NCBI RefSeq assembly: GCF_018350175.1
Contig: NC_058368.1
Coordinates: forward strand, 128,466,001-128,530,000
From: Felis catus
Lineage: Eukaryota
Length of the DNA: 64,000 nt
Direction: 5' to 3'
Shown here: one piece after another, positions 24,761 through 35,945 of the stretch
Position numbering within the stretch: position 1 is the first letter of the stretch
Layout of the letters: every line of letters begins with the position of its first letter
Notes under the pieces: model-generated
The model's database searches: none
The model's input: only the letters and a program-made list of their open reading frames with translations
What the model was told of the DNA's origin: nothing
Position numbers and translations under genes: made by a program

Positions 24761-25896
24761 ATTAGTTGCAGAGATAAGTTGTCCCTTATCTGGCCAAACT
24801 CATTATCTATTAGAGTTGAATGTCATTTTATGCGATAAATCTAGAGAAAACTCTACTACTTTCATTTTAAAAGCTGGTATGTCACAGATTATAATGCTTC
24901 TTCCCTTGATGTTTTCCAACTGTTTCGGTAAGAGCGTATCAGATCATGCTAAAAGCTACCTGCCTGTCCACCTTAACCACCGATAAAACAGACCTCAAGC
25001 TATTATTCTCATGATTAAGTGCCCAAATGACGCTGTCTAAATTACTCAAAACCAGAGTAAAAGATTCTAATTATATATGGCATATGGTGAGGTTACATTT
25101 CTGTTTTCTGTGCAATTCCTTCCTCCTCTTTTTTTTTTTTTTCCTCACTGATTCTACACAGGATATTCTCCTCTCCTCTCACTAAAGCACAAAAACTCAG
25201 GAAACTAGACTCTGAGGCAGGTCAGAAATATTCACAGGCAGTAAACAGAGCTGGTTTCTCTAATCCCAAACACTACATAAGACTGAGAAGAAGGGAGATG
25301 AGGAAGGTACTCAGAAAAGCAACTCACAGTAGATGGGAAGGAGCAGCAGAAGCAGATGTTTTCTCCAAACAGGTAGTAGATGGAGGGGACTGGCGGGGTA
25401 AGAAAGGGATCCATTAGCCCAAATTCCTGGAGTGTGGACTCCCTCACTGATCCTTTCCTTGTAGGTAACTTGACATCCAACAAGTGGGCCCACCAGCAGA
25501 TAAGGGATGTGCAAAATTGTGTAAGGATGGGGCATGAAAAGAAAACCTGATCTTTTCTCTTGCTGGAAGTGACAAGAAGCAGCTGAGAATCTTCTAAGCT
25601 GGACAGTGATAGACTGGATGCCAATATGACATTGTAGGGACTGGTCTAGAAAACTGTTAACAACTGAATTTGGGGCAGCCTAGGTTGTCCTGCAAAAGAT
25701 ATAGTGCTATTCCTAGACTAGACTCAGGCATCTCTCCCCACTACCCCTAACCATACTATGATTTAGCATGGACACTTGATTGTTGGACAACAACATAGAG
25801 ATGAGAAGAAACTTACTCTAGGTGGTGAAGGTACAGAGGTATCTTCTAGCTGACAGCATAACTGAGACCTTAATAACCAATTTAAAATGCTCAGTT

Positions 25897-26300
25897 GGGG
25901 CGCCTGAGTGGCTCATTCAGTTGAGCATCCAACTCTTGATTTCGGCTTAGGTCATGATTCCAGGGTTGTGGGACCCAGCCCTATATGGGGCTCTATGCTG
26001 AGCATAGAGCCTGCTTAAGATTCTCTCTCCCTCTTCCCTTCTCCCCCATTTACTCTCTAAAATAAAAATAAAACAGGGGTACCTGGGTGGCTCAGTTAAG
26101 CATCCAACATCAGCTCAGGTCATGATCTCTCAGTTCATGGGTTCAAGCTCCACATCGGGCTCTGGGCTGACAGCTCAGAGCCTGGAGCTCCTTCAGCTTC
26201 TGTGTCTCCTTCTCTCTGCCCCTCCCCCACTTGCGCGTGCTCTCTCTCTCTCTCTCTCTCAAAAATAAACATTAAAAAAATTTTTTAAATAAAAATAAAA
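25897..26300 (+). mobile_element. Two tandem Can-SINEs (25897-26074 and 26076-26300); the second sits in the first one's A-tail
   Basis: Two heads; outer TSD taaaatgctca at 25883-25893 and 26301-26311. Confidence 0.9.
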
Positions 26301-26661
26301 TAAAATGCTCAATGGCATAGTATTTCAGGGCTAGTGATGCCACAAAAATTAAGGTTCTCATGTAGGTGAAGCAGAGACTTAAAGCTCATAAATGGTACAC
26401 AAGTGACCACACCACCAGTAAGGGTGGAAGAGACAAGGGATATAGGAGAGGCCCACCCCCAAAGGCCTCAAAATTATATGGTAGGAAACAGGAACTTGTT
26501 CATGGAGGACTGGTGCTGGAATACCACTGCCTACCACCGACCCATGAATTCCACTCCTTGTTTTTGACAGTATCACATGGTGACTGGGGTATTTGGTAAA
26601 GAAGGGACTTGAAACTACCCAGACTAGCTTCTTAAGGCCTCCATTAAAGATGTCAAGTTCA

Positions 26662-26882
26662 GGGCGCCTGGGTGGCTCAGTTGATGGGGCGTCCGACTTC
26701 AGCTCAGGTCATGATCTCGCGGTTCATAGGTTCGAGCCCCACATAAGGCTCTGAGCTGACAGCTCAGAGACTGGAGCCTGCTTCAGATTCTGTGTCACCC
26801 TCTCTCTCTGCCCCTTCTTGGCTCATGCTCTGTTTCTCTCTCTCTCTCTCTCTCTCTCGCAAAAATAAACGTTAAAAAAAAA
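26662..26882 (+). mobile_element. Can-SINE inserted in the Gypsy integrase zinc-finger relic
   Basis: TSD aaagatgtcaagttca at 26646-26661 and 26883-26898. Confidence 0.93.
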
Positions 26883-28286
26883 AAAGATGTCAAGTTCAAA
26901 TGTGAGAAATGTGGCTGCTGCCAACAGAAGACCCTTCCCTCCAGCAGCTTACCTGGAGACTATCCAAAGCCACAGCTGCTTATGTCAGTGCAGCATGAAT
27001 ATAACACCAGAACCAAGAGGGGATGCTTGAGGTATCTGATCACCTCATACATTTGGCTCAATCATAAGGCAGAACTCATCTGAGAGAACTTCTTGGTGGA
27101 ATTCACCCAGATGAGAATGGGACCATAGAGCTGCCTGTGATAGGAAGTACCTATCAGGAATCCAGAAATCTAAGACCATGGTCCACTATTTCCAGGTAAA
27201 TTCTCCCATGTAGAGATTTAGCCAAACCCTGTAAAATATGTAGGGGACACCTTCTCTGAGGGAAAGGAGTGGCAGAGTCAGCATATGGCTTTCCTAAGGT
27301 GTGTCTAAGATCCATAAACAAGGCCTTATGGTTTTCCATTTCTCTTGGATGTTTGGGAGGTTCTGGCCTTCCCAATGATCTTTGCTTTCGAAATCAAGAC
27401 CATCAGGGACAAACCTGCAAGAAGAGATCTGGCTAGCCACACATGCTGCTTGAAGACACAAAAGGAGATATAGTAAGGTACCAGCATACAGATGGGATCT
27501 ACGATGGAAATGAGGACAGTAGGGTAAACAACAAAATAGCTGACCTTCCTGTGGAAAGCCACATCTGGCCTCATACTGAGGAGGTTTGAAACTTTACCTC
27601 TGTACAAAGCAGGGAGGAGAGAGGGACAGGGCAAATCAGGTTATTCCATAGAAATCATAATTGCTCATTGGAGAACTGGTGAGGGAAACGTGCCTTCAAA
27701 GGCAGCCAGTGTTACAAGGGAGGAGAGCAGAGCCAGCCTGGAAAGCAAAAGGAAAAGGCACTCAAGCCCGACTCATTAGAAGGGGACAGGGGAAGTTCTG
27801 CAGTGAATCAGAACCAGGTGGCATCAGGATCTCAGCACATGCGGTGCTTAACGGTCTTCGGGTGAAAGTGTCACACAGCCTCTCTCTGAGTAATGACTCT
27901 GGAAAACCAGAGTTCACATGCAGTCTCTGCTCCTGTTAGCTTAGGAAGAAAAAATGCTGAGATAAGAAGCAAAAATCTCGTGAAGAATTCAAAGACTGCT
28001 AGGGAAACTTCCACCTAGATACTAATCTGTGTTTCCTGTGTATTCCCCTCCCCATCTGTTTCCTCCCTGGATCCAGTTCCCCCACCCCACCCCTATCCTC
28101 TGTATGTAAGCAGAAAGAAAGCCTTCCTCAAAGAGGTTGTGAGTCTCAGTGCTGGACAGAAGGGTGCCTGAGTCTGCTCCATCCCAACAGTTTAGTAAGA
28201 CTGAGTCTGGAGGAAGGGGATCAGAAACTTTTAAGCATATTAAAATGTGAGAAATGACTGTAAAATAATAATTTGTTTGTTTAAAC

Positions 28287-28480
28287 CTGGGTTTCTCAAC
28301 CTTGGTTGTACTAACATTTTGGGACAGACAATTCTTAGCTGTGGGAAGCTGTCCTGGGCACTGCAGGATATTTAGCACCAACCATGGCATTCCCATGCCA
28401 GGAACACCTCCTTCCCAGTTGAGACAACCAAAATGTTTCCAGGACTTGCCAAATTGCCAATTGCCAGTTAAGAACCACTA
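28287..28480. mobile_element. MER20-type hAT-Charlie MITE
   Basis: tttctcaaccttgg...gacaattcttagctgtggg...gcaggatatttagca...gacaaccaaaatgtttccag...agttaagaaccact. Confidence 0.8.
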
Positions 28481-28484
28481 CTTT

Positions 28485-28704
28485 ACTTATTTTGTTGTTT
28501 ATTTACTTTTGAGAGAGAGGCGGGGGGGGGGGGGGCTCCCACAGCAGGGGAGGGGTAGATAGAGAGGGAAACAGAGAATCCAATGCAGACTCCAGTCTCT
28601 GAGCTGTCAGCACAGGGCCCTATGCGGGGCTCAAACTCATGAACTGCAAGATCATGATCTGAGTGGAAGTCAGATGCTTAACTGACTGAGCCACCCAGGC
28701 ACCC
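28485..28704 (-). mobile_element. Can-SINE with a poly-G run, at the end of the MER20
   Basis: Head ends gccacccaggcaccc; imperfect TSD agaaccactacttt / agaatcactgattt. Confidence 0.88.
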
Positions 28705-28739
28705 TGAGAATCACTGATTTGAATTAAACTACCAACAAA

Positions 28740-29190
28740 ACAATGATTCATCCAAATAATAATAGCTTGCTTCAGAATTACCACTTTAGCAACAATACAT
28801 TTATTTCAGTGACGCTGCCATTCAAAACAATTTTTGAACTTTTCTTTACAAACTGATGTCAGAGTTTTTCAGAATTTCATGTAAATGACTTTAAGGGAGA
28901 AAAATCTTCGTCTACTACTTCAGAAAAATCAAGTTCATAACCAATCAGAACTTAAGAATGGTTCTGAAGGTAAATGGATGAAGCTGAATTCCACCTTAAT
29001 AAGTGGGGTGGGAAAGGGGGGAATGGAGTAGCTTTAATCATAATTTACTACTAACATTTTCAACTTATAGGTTTGTAACATGAAGACAATTTCAAAAGAA
29101 AAATTAGTGGAATAAATGTATAGTAACCTGAGGTGGCTGTTTTACAGGAAACACTCATTTCTATGTGTACATTCCAGCATATTAGTTCAA
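28740..29190. mobile_element. Mariner-derived MITE (MARNA-like) with long degenerate inverted arms
   Basis: Left arm accactttagcaacaatacatttatttcagt is the approximate reverse complement of right arm agtggaataaatgtatagtaacctgaggtgg; gacgctgccatt...caaaacaattttt motif. Confidence 0.55.
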
Positions 29191-29374
29191 ATCCTTTTTC
29201 TCTATCATCTACTATGAACTCCAATTAAAAGTAAATTTAGAATGTGAAATAGACTCAGTGAAAAATGATTTCAAATGACAGATTTTCAATATTGTTAATT
29301 AACACACACACTGTAGAAGTAAAAATACGTTTGACACACCTACCATACAGGATTTTGCATTTCATTTTAATGTT

Positions 29375-29387
29375 ACACGCATGCACA

Positions 29388-29420
<33 letters not shown>
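29375..29420. repeat. (CA)n microsatellite
   Basis: acacac... read directly. Confidence 0.95.
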
Positions 29421-29422
<2 letters not shown>

Positions 29423-30884
29423 ATGTTTTCCTTTGGGATTTCCTTTATCACTCCCCCCACTTTTTTGCCATGTCTATTGAATAACTATGTTGTATAAACT
29501 GTCTTGGGAGTGAAACAGAACAGCAGAAAGCAAAAGGACAGAAAGTTTTATCCTAGCTTTTGAGTTACTGAGGCGGAGGCACTTAGCCATACAGAAGAAC
29601 CAAAGGACATAAACAGAGATTGAAGAGGAAACATCTGGGGTTTCCAAGCCTCCTAGCACAGAAGAGCATGCTTCAGGCTTGACTGAGGAAGAGTTGGAGA
29701 GAAAGCATTTAGTGCAGATCTCAACGAAAAGGGCAAGGAACCCTGGCAAGGTGCCAGGTAGGATTTCGGGAACCGAGAGCAGGAGTGGTCAGGCTCAGGT
29801 GCCCACGTAGAGAGGGAACAGGTGGTTGATGGGGCCTTGGAAGGCATAGAGAGCTTCTCACTCTGGAGTGGAGCAGGAGCAGCATAGACATTTCTGAGCA
29901 CCCTCGACAGACCCAGAAGAACAGCACAAGAGCTGTAGAAAATGAAGTTGTCATGCGCTAGCAACAACACAGACCTGCAGGGACAAGTGGCCAGAGACTC
30001 GATGGGACCCCAGTATCTCGTAGGATGGCAATGTAGACAAAGGACACTGAGGACTAAAGGGCTCCTCCTTCCAAGTAACTTGGTATCACATAAGCTTGTT
30101 CTAACTTGCTGAGGGGTACAGAGAGCGGTGGTCATATTTAGAGTTGCTTGAAATAGGTTCCTGACACCCAAAAGAATAAAGAAAGCTGTATTAAAAAATA
30201 AAAATTAAGATACAAAGTAATAAAATTTTCTTCTTACATAGCTGTCTTTGTCAGTTGAGGTTTGGAAACATTTACTTTAGGTATAGAATGAAGTCATTAC
30301 AATTTTTTCCCTTTCTATATCCCTTATATCGGTGGTTGCCAGACCTGGTTGATAGTGAGAATTACCTGGAGAGAGATCTGGATTCAGTTAGTATATATGG
30401 GGAGATTATGGTGATGGGCCAGGTTTGGGAACCTTTCTTAATGCTGCATAAACCAATGGCAGACACGACAACGCCCACAACATAAGGCAAGAGCACAAAA
30501 TTTGTAACAGAGGATTCAGTTCATGAACGTGACCAAGATATGATAAGATATCTGGGTCAAGAAGGGCAGCAACAGGAGACGCAATCAATACTGGAATGTT
30601 TTCTCTAGTGATGCAAAACATCCATAAGAGATGTGAAATGTGAGGGATCTCTTAATCAGCACATACACCCAAGATATAAAGAAAGTAGCCTCATATTCTG
30701 AGAGCAAAATAAGCTTGAAGCTCCCAAACACGTGCCAAAGAGAAAATCATTGCCACATCTTAGGTTTTAGTAAATTACAGAAAATTAGAATATAAGCCTT
30801 GTCTTTTAGGCAAACAAAAGTGACCAAAAATATCAAATACAGGAACTAACCACCTAGCTTTCTGTTTTGCAAGTAGAAATGTTA

Positions 30885-31220
30885 TAGTATGAGGAAAAAA
30901 GTTTCTGTCTGCAAGAGAATGCTCAACTCAAAGTGGCTTAAACAGTAAGAGGGTAAGTTACAGAAAAAGCGGTCTAAAGGCAGGGAAATGTCTTCTGGGT
31001 TGATTAATTTCTATTTTGTCATTTTTGTGGAAAAAGATGGTGGCAGTCATTCCAATTATGTTCTCATACACCTTCATCGAGACCAAAGGGTCTCTTCCAA
31101 TGTGTCTCTTTTTCAGGAGCTCCAAAACCCTTCCCAGGGCTCCCCAGAAGTTCTTTAAACGTCCCTTCCCAGGACTGCACCACCTGCCAACATCTAAGCC
31201 ATGCATTGAGAAAGGATTGG
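30885..31220. mobile_element. Old MaLR (MLT1-like) LTR fragment
   Basis: ctgcaagagaa...aactcaaagtggcttaaaca...aagatggtggcagtcattcca...ttcccagggctcccc. Confidence 0.5.
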
Positions 31221-32687
31221 GACTGCAGGGGTTTTTTTAGGGTACCTGGTACCGCAACCCCACAGGGACATGGGGAAGCACATGGCTTCGGAGAGGAAGG
31301 AGGAGCCTGAAATGGGAGAAGAGTGGTTTCTCCACAAAGAAGAAAGGGGGTTAGCTTTGAGAAACGACGTCTGCTGAAACTGTGGCTGAAAGCGATTCCT
31401 CTGTAGTGACATTTCCAATATGAACTGAAGCTCTTGACAGTGAGACCATCCACCCAAGTGCTGTGTGTCCTGGTGATATGTGCTCAGGATAAACTAACCT
31501 TGACTTTTGTGTGTGTGTGTGTTTAATTAAGACATGGTTAGTAAGTTAAGCATGTTTTGCAGCATCTGAGACTTTCTAGACTTTCAATGTATCTATTTAG
31601 AATTATCTTGTGCCACAGTCTCTTTGATGATATAGGTGGTACATTATAAATTCATGAACACAAGACAACATAGGGTTGAACTCACACTTGGAAATGCTAC
31701 ACCACTTCCACAAACTGACATTTTTCTGGCTGGTATACACAGATTTAAATAAAATGAGCACTTCTCCCCTCCAGTACCCATGACATGGGAGTGCATATTA
31801 ACATTCTCTCTATAGGACAGACTCAGGACTGTCCTTCAATCAGATTTAAGAACTGTCATTTCCACATCAAGCAGGACCTCAAAACAAGTATCTGTGCCAT
31901 CTACTCCATTCCTTACTATTCCACTCTTTCATTGACTTTCACTTCTTCACTTTTCCTTAATATCAGAGGGCTCTGGAAAATATAACACTATATATGCATG
32001 ACCCAACAGACTAATTAAGATTACATTTCTGTTTGGCTTGAGCTCTGCAACATTATCAGTACTCATAAGTTTGAGCGGAGAAGCAGATAAACTTGTTGAG
32101 ATGTTCATTCAACAACTTCAACATGTTAATACAACAACTTGTTAGAAATGAAGGACTCCTAGAAACCAGCAAGAGGCTCCACTAGGAAACAAGTCATGTA
32201 AACACAGCGCAATGCTAAACATGCTATTTATTATGCTTACTGCTACTCTTAGCAGAGCAATCAGTATCCTTGCCAAGACTTTGGTCCCACTTCAGCATTC
32301 AACACTGGAAACATGAAGCAAGTTTAGAGAAGACTCAGAGAACATTTAGGGTAAATAAGGGCCTGCTTATTAAATCATTAGCAGGTATAAAACACAGTCC
32401 AATGCAGTAGGGAGCAGGATGAGGAAGACAGGAACCCTGCCCTTGGACTTCCTCAACTCATGGAAAGATTCCAGGAAATGTGGTAAGTCTGAGAAAAGCA
32501 TCTGAAAAATTGTACAGATGAAAGTGACCACCAGGACGAATAGGACTTGCTTCTCTGTCAGAAGAAGTGAGGTATACCTCCAGGACAGCTCAATTCCTAC
32601 TTGTAACCTAAATCCTAGAACAATGCCCTGAGTAAAATAGGTGCTCAATAAATATCTGCTGGATGAATTTTAAAATGCTGTAAGCTC

Positions 32688-32900
32688 AGGGTGCCTGGAT
32701 GGCTCAGTTGGTTAAGCATCCAACTTCAGCTCAGGTCATAATCTCACAGTTCATGGGTTCAAGCCCCACATTGGGCTCTGTGCTGACAGCTGAGGGCCTG
32801 AAGCCTGCTTCAGATTCTGTGTCTCCCTCTCTCTCTGCCCCTCCCCTGCTCACATTCTGTCTGTCTGTCTCTCTCAAATAAACATTAAAAAATTTTTTTA
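32688..32900 (+). mobile_element. Can-SINE next to an L2 3' end (about 32590-32670)
   Basis: Head agggtgcctggatggctcag; flanks aaatgctgtaa and aaatgctctaa. Confidence 0.9.
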
Positions 32901-33840
32901 AATGCTCTAAATAAATAAATAAATGGCAAAGCAAGGGGGCCAAACCAAAGATCCCCTCACTTATGCCTTCTCCACTTTTCTTCCAATGAATGTAATACTC
33001 CTCCCATTCATTTTCTCTTCAAACACAAGGTATTTTTTGAGCATTTGTTGCTCTGTAAGGAAGTGCTGAGCAGGATACAATATTATTTTTAAAATATGGT
33101 CCCTCAATTCAAACGACTTTCGATTTGACAGGAAAAATAAATGCCTACACAGATATCCAAAATGCAAAGCAGAACACAGGGTCACACAAATAGTTCACAG
33201 AGAGTACTACATCTTTTAGGAATGAAGGTTCACTTCTGGCACATGTGACCAGGAAGAAAGGTATAATGGAGGGGAGGATACACGAGCTGGGCTTTAAGAA
33301 TAAGATTTCAATAAGCAAAAACGTGTGCACCTGGGAGAGAAGACAGACATGCATTGCAAGCAGAGAGCCCTCCAAGGGAAAATTCATTCATTTATTTACT
33401 TAATCAGTATTATCGCTTTTATTACTTTTGCTGGAGATGATTGATTTTTATTTATTAAAGTATAATTGACATACAATATTATATTCATTGCAGGTGTACA
33501 ACACAGTGATTTGACACTTGTATATGTTGTGTAATAGTTTCCACGATAAATCTAGTTACTATCAGTCACCTTACAAAGTTAATACAACGCTATTGACTCT
33601 ATTCCCCATGCTCTACATTACATCCCTATGACTTATTTTATAAACAAAGTTTGTACCTCTTAATAGCCTTCACCCATTTCACATGCCCAATCCCCCTCCC
33701 CTCTGGCAGTGACCAATCTTTTTTTCTGTACCTTTAAGTCTGCGTTTTGTTTTGTATTTTAGATTCCACATATAAGTGATATCATGCAGTATTTGTTTTT
33801 CTGTGCCTGACTTACTTCACTTAGAATAATACTCTCAAGC

Positions 33841-33841
<1 letters not shown>

Positions 33842-33897
<56 letters not shown>
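33842..33897. repeat. (CA)n microsatellite in L1
   Basis: read directly. Confidence 0.95.
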
Positions 33898-33899
<2 letters not shown>

Positions 33900-35720
33900 A
33901 TCTTCTTTTTTCCGTATCTCAGCTGTTTTTACTGAATATGATTTTTACTTATTGTGGTATCACTGACATATGATATTATATTAGTCTTTGATGTCCAATA
34001 GAGTGACAAATAATGCAGCAATCAACATGTATCTTTTTGAATTAGTGTTTTTGTTTTCTTCAGATCAATACCCAGTAGAATTGTTGGATCATTATGTAGT
34101 TCTATTTTTAATTTTTTGAGGAACCTTTATACTGTTTTCAACAGTGGCTGAACCAATTTACTCAAGGGTTTCCTTTTCTTCACATCCAGGCCAAAACTTG
34201 TTATTTCTTGTCTTTTTGATGATAACCGTTCTGATAGATGTAAGGTGATATCTCACTGTGGTTTTATATCGCATTTTCTTGATGATTAGTAATGTTGAGT
34301 ATCTTTTCTTGTATCTGTTGGTCATCTGTGTGTCTTCTTTGGAAAAATGTTTATTCAGATCCTCTGCCCATTTTTAATTGGACTGTTCCTTTTTTTTTTT
34401 CACTGAGTTGTATGAGTTCTTTACACATTTTGTATATTAATCTCTAATCAGATATATCATTTGCAAATATCTTCTCCCATTCGGTGGGTTGCCTTTTCAT
34501 TTTGTTGATAGTTTCCTTTACTCTGCAGAAGCTCTTTGGTTTGATGTAGTCCTATTTGTTTACTTTTGCTTTTGTTTCCCTTGTCTTTGGAGTCAGATCC
34601 AAAGCAAACATTGTTAAGACTAATGTCAAGGAGCTTTTGCCTATATGTTTTCTTCTAGGAGGATTTTGGTTTTAAGTCTTACATTCAAGACTTGAAACCA
34701 TTTTGAATTGATTTTTGTATATGGTGTAATACAGTGGTCCAGTTTCATTCTTTTGCATGCAACTATCCAGTTTTCCCAACACCATTAATTGAAGACACAG
34801 TCCTTTTTCCCCACCATATATCCTTGGCTCCTTTGACCATGTATATGTGGATTTATTTCTGGGCTCTCTATTCTATCTTGTTGATCCTTGTGTCTGTTTT
34901 TATGCCAATACCATACAGTTTTGAATACTATAGCTTTGTAGAATAGTTTGTAATCAGGCAGTGTGGTACCTCTGGCTTTGTTCTTTCTACATTGTTTTGG
35001 CTATTCAGGGTCTTTTGTGGTTCCATACAAATATAATTATTTGCTCTAGTTTTGTAAAAAATGTCATTGGAATTTTGATAGTGATTGCACTGAATCCCTA
35101 GATTGCTTTGGGTCATAAGACAGTTTGGAAATGTAAATTCTTCCAATCCATGAACATATGCTATCTTTCCATTTAATTGTATCTGCTTCAATTTCTTTCA
35201 TCAATGTCTTACACTTTTTAGTTTACAGGTCTTTCACCTCCTTGGTCAAATTTATTCTGACATTTTTTTTTTTGATGCGATTATAATTGTATCATTTTCT
35301 TGATTTCTCTTTCTGATACTTTGTTATCAGTGTATAGAAATGCAACAGATTTTTGCACGTTAATTTTGTATCCTGCAATTTTACTGAATTTTATTTATTA
35401 GTTATAACAGATTTTTGGTTGAGTCTTTGGGGTTTTCTATACATAAGTATCATGTCATCTGCAAAGAGTGGCAATTTTACTTCTTCCTTTCCAATTCGGA
35501 TACTTTTTATTTATTTTTCTTGACTACTTGATGTAGCTAGGACTTTCAATACTATGTTGAATAAAGTGGGTATAGTAAGCATCCTCGTCTTGTTACTTAA
35601 AGGAAAAGCCTTCAGCTAGTCACTGTTAAGTATGATATCAGCTATGGGTTTTTAATATATAGCTTTTAGATGTTAAGGTATGTTCTTCCTATACTCACTT
35701 CATTAAGAGTTTTTATCATA

Positions 35721-35945
35721 GGGGCGCCTGGGTGGCTCAGTCGGTTAAGCGTCCGACTTCAGCTCAGGTCACGATCTCGCGGTCCGTGAGTTCGAGCCCC
35801 CCGTCGGGCTCTGGGCTGATGGCTCAGAGCCTGGAGCCTGCTTCCGATTCTGTGTCTCCCTCTCTCTCTGCCCCTCCCCCGTTCATACCCTGTCTCTCTG
35901 TGTCCCAAAAATAAATTTAAAAAAAAGTTTAAAAAAAATTTTTAA
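35721..35945 (+). mobile_element. Young SINEC_Fc inserted in L1
   Basis: Perfect TSD aagagtttttatcata at 35705-35720 and 35946-35961; CpG-rich. Confidence 0.95.

Larger units (their letters stand above)
25200..27940 (+). mobile_element. Decayed Gypsy-type LTR retrotransposon internal region (MamGyp-like): weak gag and protease traces, clear integrase relic
   Basis: Frameshifted peptides in integrase order: HGDWG (26576), KCEKCGCCQQKTLP (26898), AAYLETI, MLEVSDHLIHLAQ (27023), IHPDE (27101), GIQKSKT, *RFSQTL*NM*GT (27211), SQHMAFL, MFGR, LPNDLCF, KIAD, WKA, LPLYK, GQIRLFHRN, LLIGELV (ends 27681). Confidence 0.8.

Noticed and set aside
26360..27940. Domesticated, functional integrase gene (GIN/SCAND-like)
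   Set aside because: It has multiple stops, frameshifts and a SINE insertion, and a stop at the presumed catalytic Glu, so it is a fossil.
29653..30171. 172-aa minus-strand ORF (longest in the window)
   Set aside because: It has a non-ATG start, no recognisable domain and no convincing splice sites. Length is plausible by chance in GC-richer DNA.
32140..32360. Possible CR1/L3 fragment
   Set aside because: The resemblance (ccactaggaaacaagtcatg) is too short to support without a profile search.
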